From an uncultured virus (IMG/VR IMGVR_UViG_2061766007_000288) (taxonomy: Duplodnaviria; Heunggongvirae; Uroviricota; Caudoviricetes), in IMG/VR virus record IMGVR_UViG_2061766007_000288: 43,006 nt of DNA. One strand, written 5' to 3'. Numbering within the stretch: position 1 is the first letter of the stretch; each line of letters opens with the position of its first letter. Below the pieces are notes generated by a model, which saw only the letters and a list, made by a program, of their open reading frames with translations, was not told the origin of the DNA and did no database searches. This document shows, one piece after another, positions 27,267-38,055 of the stretch. The translations under genes were made by a program, and so were the position numbers.

Positions 27267-28037
27267 TTATGCATGGCAACTTTCATTTCTCATCGCCTTT
27301 CCCAGCCGTCTGAGCTGTTCGGCACGGTCGGATGGGCACCATCGGTCGATGACCTTCGCACACAAGCCCATCTTGAAATTGTTGTCCACCGGCAAGTCAA
27401 TCAGCAGCTGACCGGCCTTAGGGGTAAATCCGGGAATAAGCTCACTCATCGGGATTGGGGTAGCATTCACAATGATATCCATCGGTTCGAACGCGATTGC
27501 CTCATATGTCGTACCCTCGACCGCACAGGTGACCTTGCCAACCTGTTCGGCAATGGCATCTATAGCCAGCTCGATATCGATTGCAGTATCGGACTTTCCG
27601 CGGCTCACCAGGTTCAGATATACGCAGACTGGATAAAGAGCCATTGCAGCTGCCTTTGCCATGCGTCCGGTGCCGAGGACGGCAGCCATCACATCAGACT
27701 TTCCGAACAGAAACGGCATGATGGTATCAACAAGCATGTCGTATGCAGAATCGTTGCCACACACGGTACCGACTTCATTGTTCCAGAAAATCGTGTCGGC
27801 AAACCCGGTTGGGGTCTTGGTGAAGCTTTGCCATCCAGCGGCATCGTCGGCCAATTTAGGTTCCGGAAGGTACAGACCCCCTACATACCTATGCTCAACC
27901 AAGGACAAGAAATCCCATATATGCGTATGTTCAGAAAGTCCAATGGATCGAATATTGTCACAGGATAGCTGTTTAAAGAAGGCGGTATCCGGGCCTTCCT
28001 TAGACAGATTGAGGATCATGTACAACGGTTCCTGCAT
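27267..28037 (-). CDS. Degenerate shikimate-dehydrogenase-like Rossmann protein
   Basis: VLGTGRMAKA, DIIVNATPIPM, DTI...G.N motifs. Confidence 0.7.
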   Translation of the reverse strand: MQEPLYMILNLSKEGPDTAFFKQLSCDNIRSIGLSEHTHIWDFLSLVEHRYVGGLYLPEPKLADDAAGWQSFTKTPTGFADTIFWNNEVGTVCGNDSAYDMLVDTIMPFLFGKSDVMAAVLGTGRMAKAAAMALYPVCVYLNLVSRGKSDTAIDIELAIDAIAEQVGKVTCAVEGTTYEAIAFEPMDIIVNATPIPMSELIPGFTPKAGQLLIDLPVDNNFKMGLCAKVIDRWCPSDRAEQLRRLGKAMRNESCHA

Positions 28038-28045
28038 GGCGTCTC

Positions 28046-28792
28046 CTACGGATGTGGAATACGGACGATTTCACGCTTGAACTGGTTACGACCGGCCATA
28101 GCATTAATCTTGGCGGCAGCTTCCGGGTCAATCGGCTTGTTGGCGAGGTAATCTTCAATCTGGGCGTAGGTAATGCCAAGGGATTCTTCGTCAGTCTTGC
28201 CGCTAAGGCCATCACTAGGAGCCTTGAACACAAGCCGTTCCGGAAGACCCATAAACTTGCCCAGTTCGCATACCTCGCGCTTCGTGAGGATGGACAATGG
28301 AGCAAAGTCACCTGCCAAGTCACCCCATAGGGTGCAATAGCCTACGAGTGCTTCACAGCGGTTCCCGGTGCAGCACACGCGACCGTTAATCGGCTGACCA
28401 TTCTCATCTACAGACTGGGCAATGGCATAAAGCGTAGCCATGCGCAGGCGAGGGCGGAGATTCAGCTTAGCCTGTTCAGAACCACTGAAGCCAGGGATAA
28501 TCTTGGCCATCTGGGCATTGACTTCGCCAATATTCACTTCGTAAGTACGAGTGATTCCGGCAGCAGCCGCTGCATCATAGGCATCCTGGATATCCGGCTG
28601 GTAACCGCATGGCATGAAAACACCGATGACGTTTTCCGGGCCAACCGCTTCAACCGCGAAACGGCCAGCAACTGTAGAATCCGCGCCACCAGACATGCCA
28701 AGAATGACAGTCTTGCCACCACTATTCTTGACATAATCCCTAATCCAGCCAACAATGTGGTCATGGATCTTGACCAGTTCTTCTTTTTGCAT
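28046..28792 (-). CDS. nadE: NH3-dependent NAD+ synthetase
   Basis: LGMSGGADS, NLRPRLRM, TGNRCE..VGYCTLWGD, KAPSDGL, TDEESLG. Confidence 0.93.
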   Translation of the reverse strand: MQKEELVKIHDHIVGWIRDYVKNSGGKTVILGMSGGADSTVAGRFAVEAVGPENVIGVFMPCGYQPDIQDAYDAAAAAGITRTYEVNIGEVNAQMAKIIPGFSGSEQAKLNLRPRLRMATLYAIAQSVDENGQPINGRVCCTGNRCEALVGYCTLWGDLAGDFAPLSILTKREVCELGKFMGLPERLVFKAPSDGLSGKTDEESLGITYAQIEDYLANKPIDPEAAAKINAMAGRNQFKREIVRIPHP

Positions 28793-28872
28793 ATTCACCT
28801 CTTTAAGGTTTTTTCAAAATATAGTAAAAAATACTAGTTTTTATGTATGAAAATCAAATAAAGGGCCACTTT

Positions 28873-29241
28873 ATGGTAACATTAGAAGAATTAAAGAAAA
28901 TTTCTGACATGCCGCTTATTGAACGCAGCTTTTACGCCAAACTTGAAGAAGCGAAGAAGGTAGCGCTCACTACCAACAGTCGCAGCATAGAACTCAATGT
29001 CATGAAGCTCAGTTTCTTCAAGGAGCAAGTCGCAGAACTACTCAAGGAACAATTCGACATAGATGAAATGTACAAGAGCCAGTATGAACAGGTGAAAATG
29101 TTCAAGGATGCCGGATTTACCGTCACTGAGGAAGACCCGGCACCCGCTATCATTACATCGATAGGCGAAGATTCGAAAAGCAAACTCCAGCGAGAATTTG
29201 AAAGCCGATACCTTGAAAAGAAAGTCACAGTTTCCTGGTGA
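28873..29241 (+). CDS. Hypothetical protein
   Basis: ORF followed by hairpin 29245-29270; start uncertain. Confidence 0.7.
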   Translation: MVTLEELKKISDMPLIERSFYAKLEEAKKVALTTNSRSIELNVMKLSFFKEQVAELLKEQFDIDEMYKSQYEQVKMFKDAGFTVTEEDPAPAIITSIGEDSKSKLQREFESRYLEKKVTVSW

Positions 29242-29272
29242 ATAAAAGAGGCCGGTCATCCGGCCCCTTTCG

Positions 29273-30598
29273 CTATTCTTCATCGCCATCCACACAGAAG
29301 TTCTTTCGAGCAACTTCCCTGGATTGTTTCAAGGCATCGATTCCCACCTTGAACTCGTCATAGTTGTAGCTATCCTTCGCATCATGCTTTACGCGCATCA
29401 TTACGGTAAGGTTCTTGATATCGGCAACGGACGCGCTCAAATCAACCAATTCAGTTGCAACGTCTTCCAATACATCGGCATCAATACTATACCCATTCTT
29501 CTTGCCATAACGGCACAGAAGTTCCTTGGTCATATTGACATCAGGCGTATTGATAGGCACGACTTCATCGATTCGTTCCGGACGACCCATAATCGTGCTA
29601 TTCACGTTCTTCGGGTTGTTTACGGTAGAGAACAGGATTACCGGCACATCCGATTTATTGAGTGCAGAGAAGAATCCAAGAAACTCGCCCACATTGTCGC
29701 TGCCCTTCCGCTTGATATCAAGCTGGTCAAGGTCATCGAACAAAATTGCGCACTTTGATGTCATTTTAGTGGTAAGGAGAACCTTTCCAAGCATAGTGCC
29801 CATCATGCGCTTATCAAGCGAGCAACGCACGAGAGTGTACCCGTCATTGCACAATTCGGTCATCAAGTGTTCGCACATGCCGGTCTTTCCGGTACCCGGA
29901 GGACCCACAAGGGCATAGGAACGGGTCATATTCAACGCGGAGACTCGCTGGCATTCCTTGCGAAGACGCGTCAATTCAGCCGACTGCACCCAGCAATCAT
30001 TGTCGCCACCGGTAAAGAAACTGTCGTTGTTGGCAACCATGATCTTGCTCTGGTCCACATAAAAATGATACTTGTGGTAATCAAGACGACGATAAATCGC
30101 CATAATCGCATGCTCAATGGTACGGTATTCCGACTCGACGTATCCCTTCACGTATGCGGCATGCTCAACAAGCGTCTTCGAAACAAACGACCCGCCGGTA
30201 GATGCCTGGGTACTACCCATCGACACATGGTCCGTAATTGGATTGTCGCTATCGCGCTCGGTATCCAAGGAAATTGTGTAATACACATCCTCAACCAATT
30301 CGCCAGCCTTGTTATAGCTCTTGCAATGAAGCAACGTGATGATATTATCCTTCGTGATAATCGTACCATCACTGTTCATTATCGGGTCTTCACCAATAAA
30401 ACCTACCCGTTCAATGGTCACCTTGGATACATAATCATCGCCAGATGGACGGTAGGTGATAGTGTCATGGTCCTTCACCTTTGACAACAAGTAGATAAGG
30501 ATATCGGAAAGAGGGAGGTAGCCCGAAGCCGTAGTTGAATAATTGTCACAGAGGGGAATATCCACCTTGAACCGGTTGGCAATTTCCTTCCAGAACAG
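29273..30598 (-). CDS. AAA+ ATPase (C-terminal part; N-terminus at 33320-33796)
   Basis: GPPGTGKT Walker A, LFDDLD Walker B, RPERID arginine finger. Confidence 0.85.
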   Translation of the reverse strand: MFWKEIANRFKVDIPLCDNYSTTASGYLPLSDILIYLLSKVKDHDTITYRPSGDDYVSKVTIERVGFIGEDPIMNSDGTIITKDNIITLLHCKSYNKAGELVEDVYYTISLDTERDSDNPITDHVSMGSTQASTGGSFVSKTLVEHAAYVKGYVESEYRTIEHAIMAIYRRLDYHKYHFYVDQSKIMVANNDSFFTGGDNDCWVQSAELTRLRKECQRVSALNMTRSYALVGPPGTGKTGMCEHLMTELCNDGYTLVRCSLDKRMMGTMLGKVLLTTKMTSKCAILFDDLDQLDIKRKGSDNVGEFLGFFSALNKSDVPVILFSTVNNPKNVNSTIMGRPERIDEVVPINTPDVNMTKELLCRYGKKNGYSIDADVLEDVATELVDLSASVADIKNLTVMMRVKHDAKDSYNYDEFKVGIDALKQSREVARKNFCVDGDEE

Positions 30599-30608
30599 NN
30601 NNNNNNNN

Positions 30609-32983
30609 TGCCAACCGTGACAAGGTTCTTGCGACCAAGAAGGCGATTATCAAGAACATGCCTCTTCTGAACACGGTGCGCGAAATTACAGATGACAAGT
30701 ACACTTCACTGAACACGTCGAATATCCTCCGTGACAACGCCAATGAATGTGGCGCAACGCCGGCTGGCGCGTATGGCAAGATTGCGTCTGAGACGAACAA
30801 GATGTACAACCTGTTGAATAACATCAACGAGAAGTATTCCCAGATGCATAAGGATGGCTACCTGCACATCCATGACCTCAACATGTACAACTTGACCTTC
30901 AACTGCCTCTTCGCCCCTATTGGCAAGCTGCTGTCCACTGGTTTCGATTCCGGCACGGGCTTCATTCGTCGTGCGCATTCTGTCCAGAGTGCTGCTGCGC
31001 TTACCGCAGTGATTTTCCAGCTTCAATCCAATCAGCAGTATGGCGGCATTGCATGTGATAACTTTGACTTTGACCTTGCCCCGTCAGTTGATGAAAGTTT
31101 CCGTACCCATCTCGGCGTTAGGCTAAACGATTATTACGAAGACACTGGTGATGAAAAGTTCAAGGACTTTGCCGGTGATCCGGAAAAGGACGAAGATAAG
31201 GAACGCTGGCGCAAGCTTCTTTCCGATGTCACCATGAACAAGCCGATTTGCCATTACACCGACCGTTTCCCCAAGAAATGTCTTGAAAAGGCTATCAAGT
31301 ACACTAACATTGAAACCCATCAGGCTATGGAAGCTCTTGTCCACAACCTGAACTCCTTGCAGAGCCGGTCCGGAAACCAGGTCCCATTCTCATCAATCAA
31401 CTTTGGCCTTGATACATCCAACTGCGGACGAATGGTCAGCCATAACTTGATGCGTGCTCAGTACGAAGGTATGGGCGACGGGCTTACGCCGATATTCCCG
31501 ATTTTGATTTTCAAGCTCATGAAGGGCTACACCAAGTATGAAGGCGACCCGAACTATGACTTGTATCTTCAGGCAATCGAATGTCTCTGCCGTCGTTTCT
31601 ACCCGAACTTCGTCCGCGTTGATTCATCCTTCAACCGCCCATACATTAGATATGAATACAAGGAAGTTGAGGATGCAAACCCGACGTTCAAGTACCGTGG
31701 CAGAAACGAAGATTTTGAATTCGGCAACGGCGACTACAAATCTGGTGAAGTAACTGCATTTGAATATGATGCGGGTAACGGCGACTATTGGGAAGTTGTG
31801 TCCAAGACTGGCGAAAAGCTTAAGATTCGCAAGATTGTCCCTAACTCCACCATCGCTACAATGGGATGCCGCACCAGGGTCATTGGCAATATCAACGGTC
31901 CGGAACAGACTACCGCCCGCGGCAACTTTGCGTTCCATACGCTCAACTTGCCGCGAATTGCGATAGAGGCTCATATCAAGAGCAAGAACGAGGAAACCCG
32001 TAAGCAGATCTTCTTCGAGAAGCTCGACGAGTTGCTTGCCTGCGCAAGGGAAAGCCTCCTTGATAGATACAACTTCATCTGTAATAGCAAGACCTATGAA
32101 AACTTCCCGTTCACGATGCAACAGGGGCTTTACCTGACATCCGATGACAAGGAACATCTCTTGACCGATTCTATTGCGGAAGTGATGAAGCAGTCTACAT
32201 TGTCCATTGGCTATATTGGCATTGCCGAAGTCGTTACTCTCCTTACGGGCAAGACCTTCGGTATTGACCATGACATCGATGACTTTGCGCTTTCCATCGT
32301 GAAGCACATCCGCGAGTTCTGTGATAAGACCCAGAAGGAAACTCACCTCAACTGGTCTTGTTTCGCCACTCCGGCAGAAGCCGTCGCTGGTCGCTTTGCT
32401 TCCATCGACAAGAATAAGTTCTGCAAGGAAATCATCGAGGGACCGGATACCACACAGGATGGGTGGGGTGACGACGATGACTTTATTACTGGTTGCGAAG
32501 GCCATCCTAACCCGAAGATGACCGATGACGACTATGTTACCGGTTGCGAATGCGCTCATCCGTCCGCACGCAAGAAGAAGGTTCGTTTGGTCGGTGTCAA
32601 GGGTCTCGAAGATGTTGACCTCATGAAGATTTTTGGCAAGGGTTACTACACCAACAGCCACATGATGTACTTCTCTTTGGATACGACTCTCGAAAACAAG
32701 ATTAATACCGAGGCTCCGTTCCACAAGATTACGAACGCCGGGCACATCTTCTACTACAAGGTTGATGGTGACCCGACGAAGAATACTGCCGCAGTAAAGG
32801 CCTGCATTGACGCAATGTACGAAGGCGACCTTGGATATTTCACAATCACGTTCAACCAGGATACGTGCTTGAAGTGTGGATTCCATGGCATCATNNNNNN
32901 NNNNCGGCGCACCGAAAAAGACGATTTTGAAGTCGTGGAATGACGGCAAGCTTGCTGAACTTAACGATAGGCACAATATCTGA
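30609..32983 (+). CDS. nrdD: Anaerobic (class III) ribonucleotide reductase, 5'-truncated and gap-split
   Basis: HIHDL..Y..TFNC, QQYGG, QVPFSSINFG, MGCRT, TLNLPR, TPAE, YYTNS; C-terminus WNDGKLAELNDRH after gap. Confidence 0.95.
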
Positions 32984-33309
32984 TGAACTACAGCAAGATT
33001 GATCCGATGTCAATAGTCGATGGGGAAGGCCTTAGGGTCTCCCTTTTCGTCTCCGGTTGCCGCAACCACTGCAAGGGGTGCTTTAATCCAGAGACCTGGA
33101 ACTTTTCCTATGGCAAGGAATTCGACGCTATTGCCGAGAATGAGGTGCTTGAAGCATGCCGGCCATCCTATATTGCCGGGCTGACTGTACTTGGTGGTGA
33201 ACCGTTTGAGCCCGAGAATCAGTGGGGTCTCTTGCCATTCCTTTCCAAGTTCAAGGAAAAGTATCCTGACAAGTCTCTGTGGATGTTTACCGGCTATGTG
33301 TTGGATAAG
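32983..33309 (+). CDS. nrdG: NrdD activating enzyme (5' part)
   Basis: DGEGLRVSLFVSGCRNHCKGCFNPETW radical SAM motif. Confidence 0.93.
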
Positions 33310-33319
33310 NNNNNNNNNN

Positions 33320-33796
33320 AATGGCGTCATGATCCTTCACCTTTGACAACAGGTAGATAAGGATATCGGAAAGAGGGAGGTAGCCCGAAGCCGTAGTCGA
33401 ATAATTGTCGCAGAGGGGAATATCCACCTTGAACCGGTTGGCAATTTCCTTCCAGAACAGAATGTCGCCACGATTTTCCACGGACGTGCTCGGAATGATG
33501 TTCATGTAGATATCATCAAGCACCGAATATAATGCGATTGCGTTTCGTGCGGCGGAAACAGCCTGCACCCCGAAAGATTCCTTTGGCTTGTTTTCCCAGA
33601 GGGTAAGCAGCAGTTCGGTACCCGTAGTCGCCAACGGTAACAATTTCTTCGCGTTGATGTGGGTGACCTGGTTGAATAGTTTTTTGTAGTCTATGCCATC
33701 TGGGGTGATAAAATCCGTCGAAATTCTCGGAATATCCTTGGAAATCGACGTGAGGATATCCCAAAATTTTCCGCGTGGGGATACGTCGTTTGACAT
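33320..33796 (-). CDS. N-terminal part of the AAA+ ATPase
   Basis: Shares DIPLCDNYSTTASGY... with 29273-30598. Confidence 0.8.
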
Positions 33797-33813
33797 TTAT
33801 TAGTCCGTTCTTG

Positions 33814-33990
33814 TTAGGTGTTAATAGTTTCGAGTTCCTTACCGGGGTTGCATTGCAACACAGGCATGTCCTGGGGGTTAAGGATATTCTTCGGCTGTTT
33901 TAATGCCGAGAATTTAGCCTTCATGCGAGGGATTTCATACCCCACTATAAGGCCGTACAGTACAAGTTGAAGGCATTTTGAAGCTGTCAT
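33814..33990 (-). CDS. Small leaderless hypothetical protein (58 aa)
   Basis: TGCTATATT-N6-ATG; MTASKCLQLVLYGLIVGYEI... Confidence 0.45.
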   Translation of the reverse strand: MTASKCLQLVLYGLIVGYEIPRMKAKFSALKQPKNILNPQDMPVLQCNPGKELETINT

Positions 33991-34060
33991 ATTCGAAATA
34001 TAGCAAAAAAACTTCTAGTTGCGTGGTTGATGGGTTAAATTTTTGAAATAGTTTTTCGGC

Positions 34061-34336
34061 ATGATAGTACGGATTCCAAATGAACCTTATGTTAACATAA
34101 TCGAGCTTGCGTGGATTTTCATCAAGCGCGAATTCTTCACGACCATGGAATTCTTGGAATTCTACGATCAGGAAGACCGAACATGGAACGGCAGGGCAAT
34201 ATGGTGGTACATCATCGCGCTCACCATAATGTCGGTATTCCTGTGCGGGTTCACCCATTACATACCGGCAATACTATTCTCGGCGTTGGCCACAGGGACA
34301 TTCACCCGATTCTTGCAGGTATCAAAATGGAAATAA
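34061..34336 (+). CDS. Small membrane protein
   Basis: Two hydrophobic segments. Confidence 0.6.
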   Translation: MIVRIPNEPYVNIIELAWIFIKREFFTTMEFLEFYDQEDRTWNGRAIWWYIIALTIMSVFLCGFTHYIPAILFSALATGTFTRFLQVSKWK

Positions 34337-34617
34337 AGGACCCCCAGAAGCTAGCCGAGTACATCACGCGCATGCACCAAAATCCGAATATCCTGGTGCG
34401 AATACAGGATGATGGAACCATCGACTTGCTGTTCAGTGAGCTAAAACAGCTGGAACCGGCAATAGAGAGCGTCAAATGCCCCTATTGCGATATCAAGATC
34501 CGCGAACACCAGCCACAGTTGGAAGACACCATTCGCGGAATGTACTTGCGATGCCCCGAATGCAACCAGAGGTTCTTCATCCACCTATTCGTCCCATTTG
34601 GCGGAACTCCGGCTTAG
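34327..34617 (+). CDS. Zinc-ribbon protein
   Basis: MEIKDPQK...CPYC...CPEC. Confidence 0.7.
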   Translation: MEIKDPQKLAEYITRMHQNPNILVRIQDDGTIDLLFSELKQLEPAIESVKCPYCDIKIREHQPQLEDTIRGMYLRCPECNQRFFIHLFVPFGGTPA

Positions 34618-35345
34618 AGATACGTGGACAAGGTTCCGTTGACGAACCGACAGCACTTTCTCCAGAACTTGAACAGTTCCCTATCGACCTGTGGAACATC
34701 GCCGCGTTCGCATTTGCTTAACGCTTCCTCGCGATACATCATTATAACTACCGCAAGGCGGGTATATTTAAGGAACCTGGTAAATCTACGGGTTCCTTTA
34801 TCATATCGCCCAGGTATCCTAGATTTACGGACCTTATCACGGTTGTCACAATCCTTGCTCGAACAGAACAAACGGCGATACCCCATGTCGGTAAGGTCCA
34901 TAAGCTGGGTAGACTGGATGTAAACCTTAGTTTCCAAGGACGAAGTCCATGCCGGGCGATATACATTAGTGCCAATGGACAGTCGCCAAAGGCTCGTCAG
35001 GTAATACAACGGACGGCCAGCTGCCTTGACATATTCGGCAACCTTGTATTTCTTGTAATTGGTCCTGAAATACACGGTATAGATACCCTCGACGGCACCA
35101 TATCGATATGCGCTCGGAGTTATCTTCCTTTCAATGCAGATGTTTTCTTCATCAATATTGATGCCGATTGATTCCAGAAGCCTTTCTTCGGAACTGTAAG
35201 TCGGCATATGGTAGCAATCGGACTTCTTTCGCCAGTCCCATTTCTTGGTGAGTTCAGGCATGTTGATATCCGTCCTGATTTCGCCACCATCACTGACGAA
35301 CGAAATGAGCTTCGGACTATGATCCCAAAGTTCTGATGTTTCCAT
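34614..35345 (-). CDS. Hypothetical protein (243 aa)
   Basis: TAATG overlap with upstream gene. Confidence 0.7.
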   Translation of the reverse strand: METSELWDHSPKLISFVSDGGEIRTDINMPELTKKWDWRKKSDCYHMPTYSSEERLLESIGINIDEENICIERKITPSAYRYGAVEGIYTVYFRTNYKKYKVAEYVKAAGRPLYYLTSLWRLSIGTNVYRPAWTSSLETKVYIQSTQLMDLTDMGYRRLFCSSKDCDNRDKVRKSRIPGRYDKGTRRFTRFLKYTRLAVVIMMYREEALSKCERGDVPQVDRELFKFWRKCCRFVNGTLSTYL

Positions 35346-35587
35346 TAGCGCCTCATAAAGTTATAGACCGCGTTGTCCCCAAGCTTTTTCCACATGTCAT
35401 TCTTGAGGATGTTTTCGATGGTTTCCGGTATGTACTGTAACGGGCATTCGGTAATGCACCCATCCATGTAATTACGGGCACTCCTTTCGGAAACAACACA
35501 GGCCCCGTTGATTACCGGATAAAACATGCGGACCTGTTCCTGGCGGTTGTTCCCCTCATAAGCATGAATATTCAGGATAATCTTGGA
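35345..35587 (-). CDS. C-terminal part of glycosyltransferase-like protein (N-part at 42245)
   Basis: SKIILNIHAYEGNNRQ shared with 42245-42804. Confidence 0.75.
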   Translation of the reverse strand, partial: SKIILNIHAYEGNNRQEQVRMFYPVINGACVVSERSARNYMDGCITECPLQYIPETIENILKNDMWKKLGDNAVYNFMRR

Positions 35588-35597
35588 NNNNNNNNNN

Positions 35598-35979
35598 TGG
35601 TCCCATAGAGGTGAACGAGGTAATCGAGGCGTGCAGACCGTCATATGTCGCCGGACTCACTATTCTGGGCGGGGAACCGTTTGAACCGGAGAACCAGGCG
35701 GGACTCATTGCCTTGATTGGAAAGTTCAAGGATACCTATCCGGCGAAAAACCTATGGATGTTTACTGGCTATATCCTGGAAAATGACCTTTTGCCTGGAC
35801 AGCGCAAGCATGTGGACGTGATAACCGACCGCATTCTTGATGCAGTCGATGTTCTGGTGGATGGCCCGTTCATGCTGGATAAGCGGGACATATCCCTTAA
35901 ATACCGCGGAAGCTCGAATCAGCGAGTTCTATCTAGGGAAGAAATCAGAAATTTGAGGTCTAGCGCAATTTCTGGATGA
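35598..35979 (+). CDS. nrdG: NrdG 3' part (second variant)
   Basis: GLTILGGEP, DVLVDGPF, YRGSSNQR. Confidence 0.9.
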
Positions 35980-36526
35980 TTTCCATGATTTTATTGTGAA
36001 TGTCGGGTGGACAGGGGAGTTCTTCCAGTTCTTTCAGCGCTTCGTTCAATGCGAAAGCGCTGCTTTTGTTATAAGAGCGTTCGACAAATACCCGGTGCTT
36101 GGCCGTGATGGCATCAAGCAGGTCGTTTGGACTGGCGATGGATATCGGAGTGGGTGTTTCATCGCCAAATGACATTTTCAGGCTAACTGGGCGAGCCCCC
36201 ATCGGTCCTTCGGACACGGCCNNNNNNNNNNGTCAAGCAGGTCGTTTGGGCTGGCGATGGATATCGGAGTGGGTGCTTCATCGCCAAATGACATTTTCAG
36301 GTTGACTGGTCGAGCCCCCATCGGTCCTTCGGATACTGCCAGTTCAATTTTTCCATACAGTTCCCCGGCAGCATACTCGCCAAGCACTTTGAAATATGTA
36401 GTATCGGCACTTTTGTAGCCTTGAACCGGCTGTCCAAGGGTGATGTTTGGCGTTGTTTCGACGATAAAGGATAACGCCTCTGCTAATTTGTAGCTGATTC
36501 CGGCAATGAGTTGTTCTTTGGTCATG
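35960..36526 (-). CDS. Hypothetical protein, duplicated across gap
   Basis: Overlapping allelic reads SEGPMGARPV... Confidence 0.65.
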
Positions 36527-36783
36527 AATTTGCCCACTTTTTTCATAAAATTAGTCCTTTTATCATTGAATGGAGTAGTTTACCATTAGTAAAACATGAC
36601 GCAACATCCAGTATTTTAACCNNNNNNNNNNTTCTGCTAATTTGTAGCTGATTCCGGCAATGAGTTGTTCTTTGGTCATGACTTTGCCCACTTTTTTCAT
36701 AAAATTAGTCCTTTTTATCATTGAAGGGAGTAGTTTACCATTAGTAAAACATGACGCAACATCCAGTATTTTAACCGGAGATA

Positions 36784-37341
36784 ATGCAAATGCGATCTCG
36801 TGATGAAATTAAAGAATTTTTGAGAGGAATTCCTCAGAAAAGTACGCTTGTTGAACAGGCGATAACCTTTGCACGGTTTGCACATGATGGCCAGAAGGAT
36901 AAAGGCGGTGCTCCGTATTTTGAACACCCTGAACGCGTCGCTGCCAGAGTGGCTGATGCATACGAGGATGACAAGCTTACCGCGATTGCGTACCTCCATG
37001 ATACGGTCGAGGATGGTGGATTCACTGTTTCTGACTTAAAAATGTTCTTCCCGGAAGTGGTGTGGAAGGTCGTTGACGTATTGACTCGCGGAAAGACTAC
37101 CCCTCGCGAAGAATACATTGAAGCGGTTGCAAAGAATTACCTTGCAGCCAGGGTGAAGGTGTGTGACCTCGAAGACAACATCGACCTTGGGCGCATACCG
37201 AATCCGACCCAGAAGGATTATGACCGTAGGGACAGGTACCTTTCCGAATACCGTAAACTACAGGAAGCAATCGTTGACTGGGAGAAACGACTTCCCGCAT
37301 CAGAACTTGAAACGGATTTCTATGCGGAATACTACTGCTAA
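36784..37341 (+). CDS. RelA/SpoT-type HD hydrolase (small alarmone hydrolase/MESH1-like)
   Basis: AHDGQ.DK.G.PY..HP, LHDTVED, VK..D..DN. Confidence 0.85.
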   Translation: MQMRSRDEIKEFLRGIPQKSTLVEQAITFARFAHDGQKDKGGAPYFEHPERVAARVADAYEDDKLTAIAYLHDTVEDGGFTVSDLKMFFPEVVWKVVDVLTRGKTTPREEYIEAVAKNYLAARVKVCDLEDNIDLGRIPNPTQKDYDRRDRYLSEYRKLQEAIVDWEKRLPASELETDFYAEYYC

Positions 37342-37342
37342 C

Positions 37343-37370
37343 AAAAATGCCGCCAAACAGGCGGCATTTT
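37343..37370. terminator. Bidirectional intrinsic terminator
   Basis: AAAAATGCCGCC-N5-GGCGGCATTTT between convergent genes. Confidence 0.8.
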
Positions 37371-37389
37371 CCGTATATACGGAATAAGA

Positions 37390-37989
37390 CTATTGTTCGC
37401 CCTGCGGTTGTTCCGCATCGGCATTCTTGGATTTGGCTTCTTCGGCTTTCTTGCCGACATCCGTCGCAGCCATGATGATGGTCTTGACGACCCTGAGGGC
37501 ATCTTCCTTTTGCATAGCCGCATATCCTTTCTTGGACATGTACTTTGATATTGCTGAGGCAACTGGCTTTACCATATCCTGTGCGGTTGGTGCCTTTCCA
37601 CCGGCGGTCTGTTTCATCTGCTGGCCAACTTCTCGAATTTTCTCGGGGTATTTCAGTTTGGTAAGTTCAGCGATGAGTGCATCCGCATTAATCGAAGCTG
37701 CCTGTGGCTGGGCGTTTACGTTTTTAGGTGCTTCTTCGTCAGTGGATTGTTCATCCTCAGGCGGCTGTTCAGATTCGGGTGCATCGCCACCATCTTCCGG
37801 AGGCATACCGCCATCTTCACCACCAAGGTCATCTCCAATTTCGTTACCCAGTTCGTTCAGTTCTTCCAGTTCACCATCTTCTTCCCCTTCGAATATGGCG
37901 TGATATGCTGCGTAGGCGGATTCATACACCGCTCGTGCGGTGCCTGTGGAAACAGAAGCTAGATTATGTAGGCGATTGGACATGTTCAT
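37390..37989 (-). CDS. Acidic low-complexity hypothetical protein, possible virion internal protein
   Basis: GAGG RBS, TATAAACT upstream. Confidence 0.7.
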   Translation of the reverse strand: MNMSNRLHNLASVSTGTARAVYESAYAAYHAIFEGEEDGELEELNELGNEIGDDLGGEDGGMPPEDGGDAPESEQPPEDEQSTDEEAPKNVNAQPQAASINADALIAELTKLKYPEKIREVGQQMKQTAGGKAPTAQDMVKPVASAISKYMSKKGYAAMQKEDALRVVKTIIMAATDVGKKAEEAKSKNADAEQPQGEQ

Positions 37990-38021
37990 GATATTACCTC
38001 GGTCATAGTTTATAGTATCGG

Positions 38022-38049
38022 TTGCCATTTTAGGTATTTTTGCTATATT
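38022..38049 (+). promoter_or_regulatory. Promoter TTGCCA-N16-TATATT, 6 nt before helicase ATG
   Basis: Motif match. Confidence 0.7.
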
Positions 38050-38055
38050 TCTCGC

